From assembly GCA_045046875.1 (NCBI GenBank), contig JASFYY010000018.1, positions 1-64,000 of the forward strand: DNA of 64,000 bases, given 5' to 3'. Origin of the DNA: Verrucomicrobiota bacterium. Its GTDB lineage: Bacteria; Verrucomicrobiota; Verrucomicrobiia; Verrucomicrobiales; DEV007. The notes beneath the pieces are model-generated. The model was given only the letters and a program-made list of their open reading frames with translations. It had not been told where the DNA came from and did no database searches. The stretch's first letter is position 1; each line of letters starts with the position of its first letter. The position numbers and the translations under genes were made by a program. Below are positions 19,750-30,813 of the stretch, in pieces.

Positions 19750-20961
19750 ATGAATATCAAACAAGTCATCACTCCTTTTGATAAAGGTTTTTCCAAAGCG
19801 GAGCACCGGGCGGCAGCGAGACCGTTTAATTCGTATCAGCGAAGCAGGCCGTTGCAGAAATGGATGCGGGATATTTTTCGCAACCAGGTGCCGCAGGTTT
19901 TTGCTGAAGGGGAGGTTCATTTGTGTTCGGCCAGAGGGAAGTGGAACTTGAGGGCTTTGCTGGAACAAGAGTCGGTATTGGGGGATTTTGTGGTGAAATA
20001 TTCTCTACGCTCACAAAGTAAAAATCCGCAGAAGCAGGGTTCGCTGGTGTTGAGATTGCTTTTGATGAACTCGCAGCAAACCTATATCCATATGGTTGAG
20101 GACGGTGGTTATGATTTGTCGGTGATTTCTTCAGATGCCAATGTGGCGGAGCAACTGTTGTTATCTTTGCGGGAGAAATTCCTCCCTACAGCCAAAGCTG
20201 CTAAAAAGAAAAAAGCATTTTTCAATCTGATCAATGTCACCAAAGAAAACGTGGAATCCAAGCGGATAAAAATGCGGGAGAACTATCAGCTGGCGAGTGA
20301 TGATTTGAACTTACATTATGGTGATCAGTTTGCTGATTGGGAGCAGGGTTTTATTAAAAAACTGGGAGCTGGCTCGCAGGGACTGACGATATTGCGCGGC
20401 GACCCGGGAACCGGGAAAACCTATTTCATCAGGCATTTGATTTCGCGTTTGAGAGAAACCCATATCTTTTATCTGATCAATCTGACCGATTTTGATCTGC
20501 TCACCAGTCCTACCATGGTCGAATTCTGGAGTGAAGAGATGCGCGGTAGGGATCATCCCTTTGATATCAAAGGTGATCGGAAGAAAAAGAAAAAAATGAA
20601 GCGGGTTATCATCATTGAGGATGCTGAGCGTTTGTTGTCGGTAAGGACAAAGGACAGCTCCGGCAGTGTCAGTGAGCTGCTGAATATGTGTGATGGTCTG
20701 CTGGGGGATTTCCTGCAAGTGCACCTGGTTTGCACCGCCAACTGTCCGGTGGATGATTTTGATCCTGCGGTGGTGCGCTCCGGACGTCTGACAGCGATGA
20801 AAGAGTTTGTTCCCCTGGACTACACCCGGGCACGGGAGATTGCGGGTAAAATTGGCATCAAGCTGGAAGAGGGTAAGGAATACACCCTCGCAGAAATTTA
20901 CAATCAAGCTCCAAACGGGGTGGAGGATGTGAAAGCGTCTGCGAAAATCGGATTCCAGTGA
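19750..20961 (+). CDS. AAA+ family ATPase
   Basis: Walker A GDPGTGKT, Walker B IIIEDAE, LLNMCDGLLGD, CTAN, DPAVVRSGRL (Arg finger). Confidence 0.9.
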   Translation: MNIKQVITPFDKGFSKAEHRAAARPFNSYQRSRPLQKWMRDIFRNQVPQVFAEGEVHLCSARGKWNLRALLEQESVLGDFVVKYSLRSQSKNPQKQGSLVLRLLLMNSQQTYIHMVEDGGYDLSVISSDANVAEQLLLSLREKFLPTAKAAKKKKAFFNLINVTKENVESKRIKMRENYQLASDDLNLHYGDQFADWEQGFIKKLGAGSQGLTILRGDPGTGKTYFIRHLISRLRETHIFYLINLTDFDLLTSPTMVEFWSEEMRGRDHPFDIKGDRKKKKKMKRVIIIEDAERLLSVRTKDSSGSVSELLNMCDGLLGDFLQVHLVCTANCPVDDFDPAVVRSGRLTAMKEFVPLDYTRAREIAGKIGIKLEEGKEYTLAEIYNQAPNGVEDVKASAKIGFQ

Positions 20962-21045
20962 ACTTGAATGAGTGGGTATGGCGCAAATAGGCGCGTATGA
21001 GAACTCGTTTTAGAACAGATTTGACTGCCTTTTTATTTGAAGGAC

Positions 21046-21070
21046 GGACAGATTTGGAAATCTATCCTAC
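21046..21070 (-). repeat. REP-like palindrome
   Basis: Minus strand GTAG-GATAGAT-TTCCAA-ATCTGTC-C. Confidence 0.7.
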
Positions 21071-21090
21071 GGCAAAAAGGCAACGGGTTG

Positions 21091-22110
21091 TCACCCGCAA
21101 TTTTTGACCATTTGCGCGACTTCTTTTTTCACGGCGGCTTTCAGCTCCTTGGGGGCGAGGACTTTGGCTTGTCCTCCCCAGCTGAGGATCCAGCGGGTGA
21201 CTTCTTTTAAGTTTCCCAGTTCGAGGCTCAGTTCAATCAGTGAGCCGTTTTTATTTTTCTGGGTGATATTCTGACTCGGGTGCCAGCGTCTTTCACTGAC
21301 GAGTTGGGCCGCCCAGCCGGAGAAACGGATGCGGATTTTGTATTTGCCTCCATCGGCTTTGGTATTCTCCCATACTCCGAATCCGGACAGGTGTTCGCTG
21401 AGTTCAAAATCATCGGGGCGCACAAAACGTTTGGATTTTAACAGCTGCATGCCGGTGATGCGCTGGAAGGCAAAGGTTCTTTTGGCCTTTCGCTTCAGGT
21501 CGAAACCGACGACATACCAGCCACCATCGACCTCGGTGAGGTGGTAGGGTTGGAGATGGCGTGATTCTTTTTTCCGAGCACCGAGTTTTTTGTAATCGAA
21601 GCGGATTTCGTGACCTTTCAATACAGCATCGGTGATTTTTTCAAACAGGCGCACGTCAGCAATGGTCACTCCTGGTTCTTTTATGGAAAAAGCCTGGTCA
21701 AGATCTGTCCAGCGAAAGATCACTTGTCCCTGCATGGACGCGGCGATTTGGCGGAAGCTCTGTCCCAGTTGGGCTTCGAGCGGGGTGCCTTTCAGCGGCT
21801 CCAAGGCTTTCCTTGCTAAAAAGAGCGCCACGATATCCTCGGAAGTTGCTTTGAACATCGGGAAGTCCTGTACGGCCTTGTTGTAAAAGTAGCCGTGACG
21901 ACTTTTGTCGTAAACGAGGGGCAAATCCAGCTCGTTCTGCATGTAGGTGATGTCCCGTTGGATGGTTTTTTTAGTGACACCTAATTTTTTGCTGAGATTA
22001 GTGCAGTTGGGATACTGGTTTCTGCGGATCTCGGTGTGTATTTTGAAAAAACGGCCTATGGGTGCGCGGGCATTGCTTTCCCTGGTTGTCGATCCTGTTC
22101 CTAGTGTCAT
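21091..22110 (-). CDS. HTH-WYL-WCX transcriptional regulator (PafB/YafY-like)
   Basis: LGVTKKTIQRDI HTH; LQPYHL..VDGGWYVVGFD...RTFAFQRI WYL domain; WILSWGG.AKVLAPKEL WCX. Confidence 0.93.
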   Translation of the reverse strand: MTLGTGSTTRESNARAPIGRFFKIHTEIRRNQYPNCTNLSKKLGVTKKTIQRDITYMQNELDLPLVYDKSRHGYFYNKAVQDFPMFKATSEDIVALFLARKALEPLKGTPLEAQLGQSFRQIAASMQGQVIFRWTDLDQAFSIKEPGVTIADVRLFEKITDAVLKGHEIRFDYKKLGARKKESRHLQPYHLTEVDGGWYVVGFDLKRKAKRTFAFQRITGMQLLKSKRFVRPDDFELSEHLSGFGVWENTKADGGKYKIRIRFSGWAAQLVSERRWHPSQNITQKNKNGSLIELSLELGNLKEVTRWILSWGGQAKVLAPKELKAAVKKEVAQMVKNCG

Positions 22111-22250
22111 GATGCTTTGAGTGTGGTGTTACTTTGCCCTGCCTTGTAATCGATTCTATCTGCTAAAAAAGCAAAATTGCCATTTGGAAGCAAGAATAAT
22201 CCTGTATCCCCCCGAATATGTCCCACCCTATGGGCTAGGGTGATCATACT

Positions 22251-22916
22251 ATGAAAGAAACGCATACTGAAATCGCTTATATCCTTGATCGCTCCGGCTC
22301 GATGGGGAGTCTTACGGAAGCTGCCATCACTTCATTCAACAGTTTTTTGAAGGCGCAGAAAAACGAAGCGGAGGAGGCTACCTTTACCCTGGTGCTGTTT
22401 GACGATGAGTATCTTCTTCATGCCGATGCGGTTCCGATTCGTGAAGTGGTGGAACTAGACGCGAGCACATACGTTCCCCGCGCATCGACCGCTTTGCTGG
22501 ACGCCATTGGGCGCACGGTTGATAATATTGGCAAACGGCTGGCGGCTATGAAGGAGGATGATCGACCAGGAAAAGTCGTGATCGCCATCTTCACCGATGG
22601 AATGGAAAATTCTTCGACCGATTACTCTGAAAATATCATTTCGAAAATGATAAAGCACCAGCAGGACAAGTATAATTGGGAGTTCCTGTTTCTGGGAGCC
22701 AACCAGGACGCCATTGCCACGGCAGGGAGGATGAATATCCATGCGCATAATTCTTCCAATTTCCTATACAGTGGGTCAGGCCTGACATCATCAAGTGTGG
22801 CCCTGTCCCGAAAATTGAGTGCTATGCGGCAATCGGGAGCGGGGGTGATGAACGAGGATCTGAAGGTTCCACTGTCGGATATTGTTTCGGAGGAGGAAGG
22901 TAAGGTGGAGGGTTGA
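22251..22916 (+). CDS. vWA (von Willebrand A) domain protein
   Basis: MIDAS ILDRSGSM, TALLDAIG, IFTDGMENSS, WEFLFLGAN. Confidence 0.92.
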   Translation: MKETHTEIAYILDRSGSMGSLTEAAITSFNSFLKAQKNEAEEATFTLVLFDDEYLLHADAVPIREVVELDASTYVPRASTALLDAIGRTVDNIGKRLAAMKEDDRPGKVVIAIFTDGMENSSTDYSENIISKMIKHQQDKYNWEFLFLGANQDAIATAGRMNIHAHNSSNFLYSGSGLTSSSVALSRKLSAMRQSGAGVMNEDLKVPLSDIVSEEEGKVEG

Positions 22917-22946
22917 GCAGGATTTTAAATCAAAACGTCGATAAGA

Positions 22947-23303
22947 ATGATGAAAATAAAATGCCATTTGGAAACCTTTCAATCGGATACCTTGTCATCA
23001 AGCAGTGACTGGGCAGTTGCGTCCGATACGAGTTTGCAGGTTCGTCCCAGCACTTTAAGGAATACGGAATCAAGGCCTGAGCGATCAAGCTCCAGGGGTT
23101 CTGGAAAAAAATTATTTATTGTGGGGGAAGTATATAATTGGGGAAACTTCACAGAGTGGGGCTTCGTTGGTGTGTTCAACGATTTTGAAAAAGCCGTCGG
23201 AGTTTGTTTGAATGAAAATTTTTTCGTCGCTCAAGCTGAGTTGAATGATGATTTCAACGATGTGGTCAGAGGTTGGCCGGGAGGGTGCTTTTTTCCTAGG
23301 TAG
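22947..23303 (+). CDS. Small hypothetical protein or remnant
   Basis: Only the C-terminal ~65 aa (LFIVGEV...WGFVGVFNDFEKAV...WPGGCFFP) looks protein-like; start uncertain. Confidence 0.4.
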   Translation: MMKIKCHLETFQSDTLSSSSDWAVASDTSLQVRPSTLRNTESRPERSSSRGSGKKLFIVGEVYNWGNFTEWGFVGVFNDFEKAVGVCLNENFFVAQAELNDDFNDVVRGWPGGCFFPR

Positions 23304-23529
23304 ATGGGGTAAGATGTGATTTTGGTGAAGCTTTTGGCTCGTAATTGGTAGAGAGTTCAAATTTCATCAAGGGAAACCTGAAAGAGTGAGAGGCGGGGGA
23401 TTTCCTCTTGCCGGAATTAGGTAGGGTGAATGCTGAAATTGTTTTCGGATCTGAGCGCGAATTACAAACGAGCGTTGAGAGAAAGTTTCGGTAAAAGGGT
23501 GAATTATGAGCAAGCTCAAAAAAAGGGGA

Positions 23530-23553
23530 GCAGTGCAGATTTTCATATCTGCA
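23530..23553 (+). repeat. REP-like palindrome
   Basis: GCAG-TGCAGAT-TTTCAT-ATCTGCA. Confidence 0.6.
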
Positions 23554-23768
23554 GGGTGGTGGTCCTTGCTTGATCGATACTGAACTCTATCCTTGGCGGA
23601 CGAGTTGGGGGTCTTCTTGTGATCGCTGCCGTAAAACGGAGGGGGAATTGGTAGGTTTTCGAGAGTGACAGCGATTACAACAGCGGTAGCCGCTTTGCTG
23701 TTAAAGAATTAGAAAAAACGGTTATTCGTGATTCGATCTTAAAAGTTGTGAATTATGAATGATAAATG

Positions 23769-23794
23769 AGAACAAATATGGAAATTTGTTTTGC
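23769..23794 (-). repeat. REP-like palindrome
   Basis: Minus strand GCAA-AACAAAT-TTCCAT-ATTTGTT-CT. Confidence 0.65.
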
Positions 23795-23818
23795 AGGGCT
23801 GAGCGGATTTTGGGGCGC

Positions 23819-23836
23819 TTGTGAAATTTTTCACAA
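23819..23836. promoter_or_regulatory. Rex-type operator (also fits the CRP/FNR-family TGTGA-N6-TCACA core)
   Basis: TTGTGAA-ATTT-TTCACAA, perfect 7-4-7 inverted repeat about 100 nt upstream of atpB. Confidence 0.7.
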
Positions 23837-23939
23837 ATTAACCTTGCGGTTTTTTTTAGGCGGCATATAAGAAGCGATGCCTTGTGATTTTTGTGGTTGA
23901 TTCAAGCTTCGCTGGCATGTTTTACTCTTCGTTCATTCG

Positions 23940-24812
23940 ATGCAAATTCATTTGATAGACCAGACCTTTTCACACGCCATTCTCGCGGCGGGCGGTATTA
24001 ATGCGCCCCATATCCCCGGGTTGGGCAGTTTGTCGAACTCGATTCTGGTTGCGGTGATCGTGACGACGGTGATTTTGTTGTTCACTCGCATGGCAACGCG
24101 CAAGATGGCACTGGTGCCGGATGGTAAACAGAACTTTGTCGAGTTTGTGGTCGAGTTTCTTTACGGCCAGGTAGAGGAGATTGTAGGTGAAAAGGTGGCG
24201 CCGAAAGTGTTCCCTTTATTAGCGACTTTGTTTGTTTTTATCCTCAGTGCCAACTGGTTCGGGCTGATCCCCGGGGTGGGAACGATTGGTTTTGGCGAGA
24301 AGGTGGGCTTTTTGATGATCGATCCGGATGATCACAGCTTTGTCCCTCTGTTGCGTCCAGCGACGGCAGATTTGAACATGACTTTTGGCATGGCTGCGGT
24401 TTTCATGTTCATGTGGGTGTGGATCACAGTGAAGGAGACGGGGGTGATTGGCTTTTTTAAACACGTTTTTGCGCCCAAGGGAGGCTTGACGGGTTTCATG
24501 TGGTGGGCGCTGTTGCCGATCTTCATGTTTGTCGGAGTGATCGAGATCATTTCTATCATGTTTCGCCCGGTTTCACTGTCCTTTCGTTTGCTGGGTAATG
24601 TTTATGCGGGGGAGACGCTGCTGCACTCGATGGGCAATATCGGTGCGTTGATGGGAATGGGGGAGTGGCCTTCGAGAATTCTAGGCGTATTGGTGCCCTT
24701 GCCCTTTTATTTCATGGAAATCCTGGTTGGCCTGATTCAGGCGATCGTATTCACTTTATTATGTGCGGTGTATGTGCAGCTGTCGACGGCTCACGATGAG
24801 GATGACCATTGA
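23940..24812 (+). CDS. atpB: F0F1 ATP synthase subunit a
   Basis: QNFVE, ANWFGLIPG, ATADLN, RPVSLSFRLLGN, LIQAIVF. Confidence 0.96.
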   Translation: MQIHLIDQTFSHAILAAGGINAPHIPGLGSLSNSILVAVIVTTVILLFTRMATRKMALVPDGKQNFVEFVVEFLYGQVEEIVGEKVAPKVFPLLATLFVFILSANWFGLIPGVGTIGFGEKVGFLMIDPDDHSFVPLLRPATADLNMTFGMAAVFMFMWVWITVKETGVIGFFKHVFAPKGGLTGFMWWALLPIFMFVGVIEIISIMFRPVSLSFRLLGNVYAGETLLHSMGNIGALMGMGEWPSRILGVLVPLPFYFMEILVGLIQAIVFTLLCAVYVQLSTAHDEDDH

Positions 24813-24901
24813 TTAAAAATTTATAGAATTTTGTTCCTGGGACCATCCGTAGTGAGTGGGCGGGGATAAACACAAAACAACAACTAAAGAAGGAAAATAA
24901 T

Positions 24902-25171
24902 ATGTCTGGATTTGAAATGATATTAGCAGCTGCAGAACCTGCAGCACACGCAGCGGCAGCAGTGACAGGTGGTCTGCAATTCAACGGTTTCTTCTCACTG
25001 GGCCTCGCTGGTCTGGGAGCAGGTATCGGTGTGGGGCTTGTTGGAATGGCAGCCGCTCAGTCGGTGGGTCGTAACCCAACGGCTTTTGGTAAAATTCTGA
25101 CTATCGGGATTATCGGAATGGCGTTGGCGGAAGCTATCGCTATTTACGGTCTCTTGATGGCGATGAAATAA
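24902..25171 (+). CDS. atpE: ATP synthase subunit c
   Basis: GxGxGxG, GRNP loop, MALAEAIAIY. Confidence 0.96.
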   Translation: MSGFEMILAAAEPAAHAAAAVTGGLQFNGFFSLGLAGLGAGIGVGLVGMAAAQSVGRNPTAFGKILTIGIIGMALAEAIAIYGLLMAMK

Positions 25172-25192
25172 TCACCGCTGCAGAAAAGTTCA

Positions 25193-25218
25193 GCCTGCAG
25201 GGCGCGAGTCCTGCGGGC
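25193..25218 (+). other. Intra-operon stem-loop after atpE
   Basis: GCCTGCAGGGC-GCGA-GTCCTGCGGGC, 11-bp stem with GNRA loop, no U tract. Confidence 0.6.
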
Positions 25219-25246
25219 AGTTCCAGATAACAACACTTTTAATACC

Positions 25247-25747
25247 ATGGGCGAGCTGCTTGATACTTTTGGATTCACTTTGGGAAAATTTATTTCCCAG
25301 GTTATCATTATTTTCATCGTTTATTTGATCCTGAGCAAATTTGCTTTTGGTCCGGTGATGGCGATGTTGGAAGAGCGTCGTCGGCGTATCGCTGACGGGG
25401 AGGCTAATCTGGAAAAAATCCGCGAGCAGATGGAGCAGGCGGAGGCCAATGTGCAGCAGATGCTGGACAAGGCGAATGCTGACGCAGATCGTTTGATCTC
25501 CGAAGCCAAGGAAAGTGCCGAATCAGTGCGTGAACAAAAAACGCAGGACGCGATTTCGGAAGCCGGTCAAATCATCGCCAAGGCGAATGAGGCGGCGAAG
25601 CTCGAACACGAGCAATTGATGACGGAGCTGAAACGTGACTTCGGTCGTTTGGTGATCGATACCACAGGTAAGGTCACCGGCAAGGTTTTGGACGACAAGG
25701 ATCAGGAGCGTATCAACCAGGAAACGGCTGGTCAGGTGGCTTTGTAA
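25247..25747 (+). CDS. atpF: ATP synthase subunit b
   Basis: N-terminal TM, LEERRRRIADG, coiled coil; operon position. Confidence 0.95.
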   Translation: MGELLDTFGFTLGKFISQVIIIFIVYLILSKFAFGPVMAMLEERRRRIADGEANLEKIREQMEQAEANVQQMLDKANADADRLISEAKESAESVREQKTQDAISEAGQIIAKANEAAKLEHEQLMTELKRDFGRLVIDTTGKVTGKVLDDKDQERINQETAGQVAL

Positions 25748-25766
25748 GAGTCTAATTTTTTTTGAG

Positions 25767-26162
25767 ATGAAAGGTAGCAAAGACGCCCAGCGCATCGCCC
25801 GCCAACTGCTGAAAGCCACCGTGAGTAGCGGTCAGGTGGACGGCAGCACGGTGAAGACGGTGCTGAGAAAACTGGCAACAGATAAACCGCGAGGTTATCT
25901 GGGGGTGATCAATGCTTACGCCCACTTGGTGCGACTTGAGTTGGAAAAAAGCCATGCGGTGATCGAAAGTGCGAGTCCGTTGGGGGCTGCTTTGGAGGTC
26001 AGTGTGGTGGCAGATTTGAAGGGTAAATATGGTGAGCAGATCACCTCGGAATTTAAGCATAATCCCGAATTGCTGGGCGGCATGAGAGTGCGAGTCGGTA
26101 GTGATGTGTGGGATGGCAGTGTGCGCAATCGCTTGGAGCGTTTGCGTGAGAAGATTGGCTGA
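25767..26162 (+). CDS. atpH: ATP synthase subunit delta (short form)
   Basis: NPELLGGMRVRVGSDVWDGSVRNRL; operon position. Confidence 0.92.
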   Translation: MKGSKDAQRIARQLLKATVSSGQVDGSTVKTVLRKLATDKPRGYLGVINAYAHLVRLELEKSHAVIESASPLGAALEVSVVADLKGKYGEQITSEFKHNPELLGGMRVRVGSDVWDGSVRNRLERLREKIG

Positions 26163-26226
26163 GGGTCAGTGGAATAGAGCGGTATAGGTTTTAAGAAGAT
26201 TTTAATTTTATTTTAATAAACGAGTC

Positions 26227-27774
<1,548 letters not shown>

Positions 27775-27852
27775 GCGTCTGAGGATGCGATTTTGCGGAG
27801 ACCCTTTTACTCAAACGAACTGACCATAAAGACCAACCTTATTTAATTTTCG

Positions 27853-28746
27853 ATGGCTAACACCCAGGACATTCGCCGACGTATCAAGTCGGTTAGCAAC
27901 ACCGCACAGATCACCAATGCGATGCAATTGGTGGCGGCTTCGAAGATGAAAAAGGCGCAAGATTTCGCCACGTCGGGACGCCCTTATGCGGATTTGCTGA
28001 ACGGTGTGCTGGTCAATCTGAAAGCCAATACAGATGAGGAGGCTCATCCACTGTTGGAAGAGCGCGAAGGTGGCAAGACTTTGGTGGTGGTGATCACGAC
28101 TGATAAAGGTTTGTGTGGTGGTCTGAATACGAACTTGCTGAGAAAGGTCACTGATGTGGGTGATGACGAAACCGCTTATGTGACGGTGGGGCGGAAAGGT
28201 CGTCAGGCGTTGGCTCGCTTGAAGAAAAATTTGGTGGCGGATTTTGAAATGTCTGACCCAGCCGATTTCGCTGAAGCGAAGCTGGTGGCAAAATATGTGA
28301 TGGATCAATTTCTCGCTGGGGAATACGATCAGGTGAAGGTGGCGTTCACTAATTTCATCAGCACGCTGAGTCAGGAGCCGACGATTGAAACGCTGTTACC
28401 GATTCGCCCGATTGATCTGGGACGTGATAAGGATTTTGTTGGAATGGGCGGTGAGAGCGAGCCGATAGAGGTGGGTGAAGTGGTCGAGGGTGATTATATT
28501 TTTGAACCAAGTGCGGTGCAGGTGTTGGGCTCAGTGGTGCCTCAGTATGTGAACTACCAGGTATTCCAGATGATGCAGGAATCGAGAGCATCGGAGCACA
28601 GTGCTCGGATGGTGGCGATGAAGAGCGCGACGGATAACGCGAACGAAATGATTAAGGATCTGAAGTTGGAATACAACAAGATTCGACAGGCGGCGATCAC
28701 GACCGAGCTGCTGGATATCACGACAGCTATGAAGTCGCTGGATTAA
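27853..28746 (+). CDS. atpG: ATP synthase subunit gamma
   Basis: ITNAMQLVAASK, DKGLCGGLN, SEHSARMVAM, RQAAITTE. Confidence 0.98.
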   Translation: MANTQDIRRRIKSVSNTAQITNAMQLVAASKMKKAQDFATSGRPYADLLNGVLVNLKANTDEEAHPLLEEREGGKTLVVVITTDKGLCGGLNTNLLRKVTDVGDDETAYVTVGRKGRQALARLKKNLVADFEMSDPADFAEAKLVAKYVMDQFLAGEYDQVKVAFTNFISTLSQEPTIETLLPIRPIDLGRDKDFVGMGGESEPIEVGEVVEGDYIFEPSAVQVLGSVVPQYVNYQVFQMMQESRASEHSARMVAMKSATDNANEMIKDLKLEYNKIRQAAITTELLDITTAMKSLD

Positions 28747-28794
28747 GGGGAAAAGTAGTATTTTAGTTAAAATTTAGGATTAGAATTAAGTTAG

Positions 28795-30222
<1,428 letters not shown>

Positions 30223-30280
30223 TCTAGTTTCACTGTGTGAACAGGGTTTTTGAGTTAAGAAGCTTTTAATAATAACGACC

Positions 30281-30691
30281 ATGGCTTTCCGTCTTGATAT
30301 TGTAACTCCGGATAAACGAACTTTTTCTGATGACGTTGACGGGGTGGTGATTCCGGGAAGCGAAGGGGAGCTCGGTGTGTTGGAAGGTCACGCGCCGCTG
30401 GTGACGACTTTGTTGCCTGGTGAGCTACGCTACACCAAAGACGGCCAAGAGGAAAGCCTTGCTGTAGGTGAAGGGGTGGTTGAAATCACTCGTGAGAGTG
30501 TTGCGGTATTGACAGACCTCGCGGTATCTTCTGATGAAATTGATGAAGCTGCTGTCGAAGAAGCTCTCAAACGGGCTGAGGCGGCTCTCTCGGAGAAGGT
30601 ATCCGACGAAGAGATCGCCACGGTGGAGGCTTCGATCCAGAAGTCGCTGGCTCAGTTGACCTTAAAACGCAAGCGCCGTAAGCAGATTTAG
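30281..30691 (+). CDS. atpC: ATP synthase subunit epsilon
   Basis: IVTPD, GELGVLEGHAPL. Confidence 0.96.
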   Translation: MAFRLDIVTPDKRTFSDDVDGVVIPGSEGELGVLEGHAPLVTTLLPGELRYTKDGQEESLAVGEGVVEITRESVAVLTDLAVSSDEIDEAAVEEALKRAEAALSEKVSDEEIATVEASIQKSLAQLTLKRKRRKQI

Positions 30692-30739
30692 CAGGGAAGG
30701 CTGTTGTTAGGCCGCTAAGCGTTCCGATCGTGGAAAGGG

Positions 30740-30773
30740 TCAGACCTCATGCCTGTTCAGACCTCATGCCTGT
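30740..30773 (+). repeat. Perfect 17-bp tandem duplication
   Basis: TCAGACCTCATGCCTGT twice. Confidence 0.9.
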
Positions 30774-30813
30774 TTCAACTTGTGTAGGTGAGTTGAGGTA
30801 GAGGGGTGGGGGG

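Noticed and set aside
18401..23939. Intact prophage or integrative element at tRNA-Phe
   Set aside because: No integrase, structural or conjugation genes, and no distal att copy recognised
23304..23939. atpI/atpZ gene in the long gap before atpB
   Set aside because: No hydrophobic ORF of suitable size; the region holds REP-like hairpins and the operator
24902..25171. Na+-coupled ATP synthase
   Set aside because: The c subunit has AEA, lacking the Gln and ES/ET sodium-binding signature; consistent with H+ coupling
25767..26162. atpH as a truncated pseudogene
   Set aside because: Intact start, stop and conserved C-terminal motif; short delta subunits are usual in this lineage as far as I know
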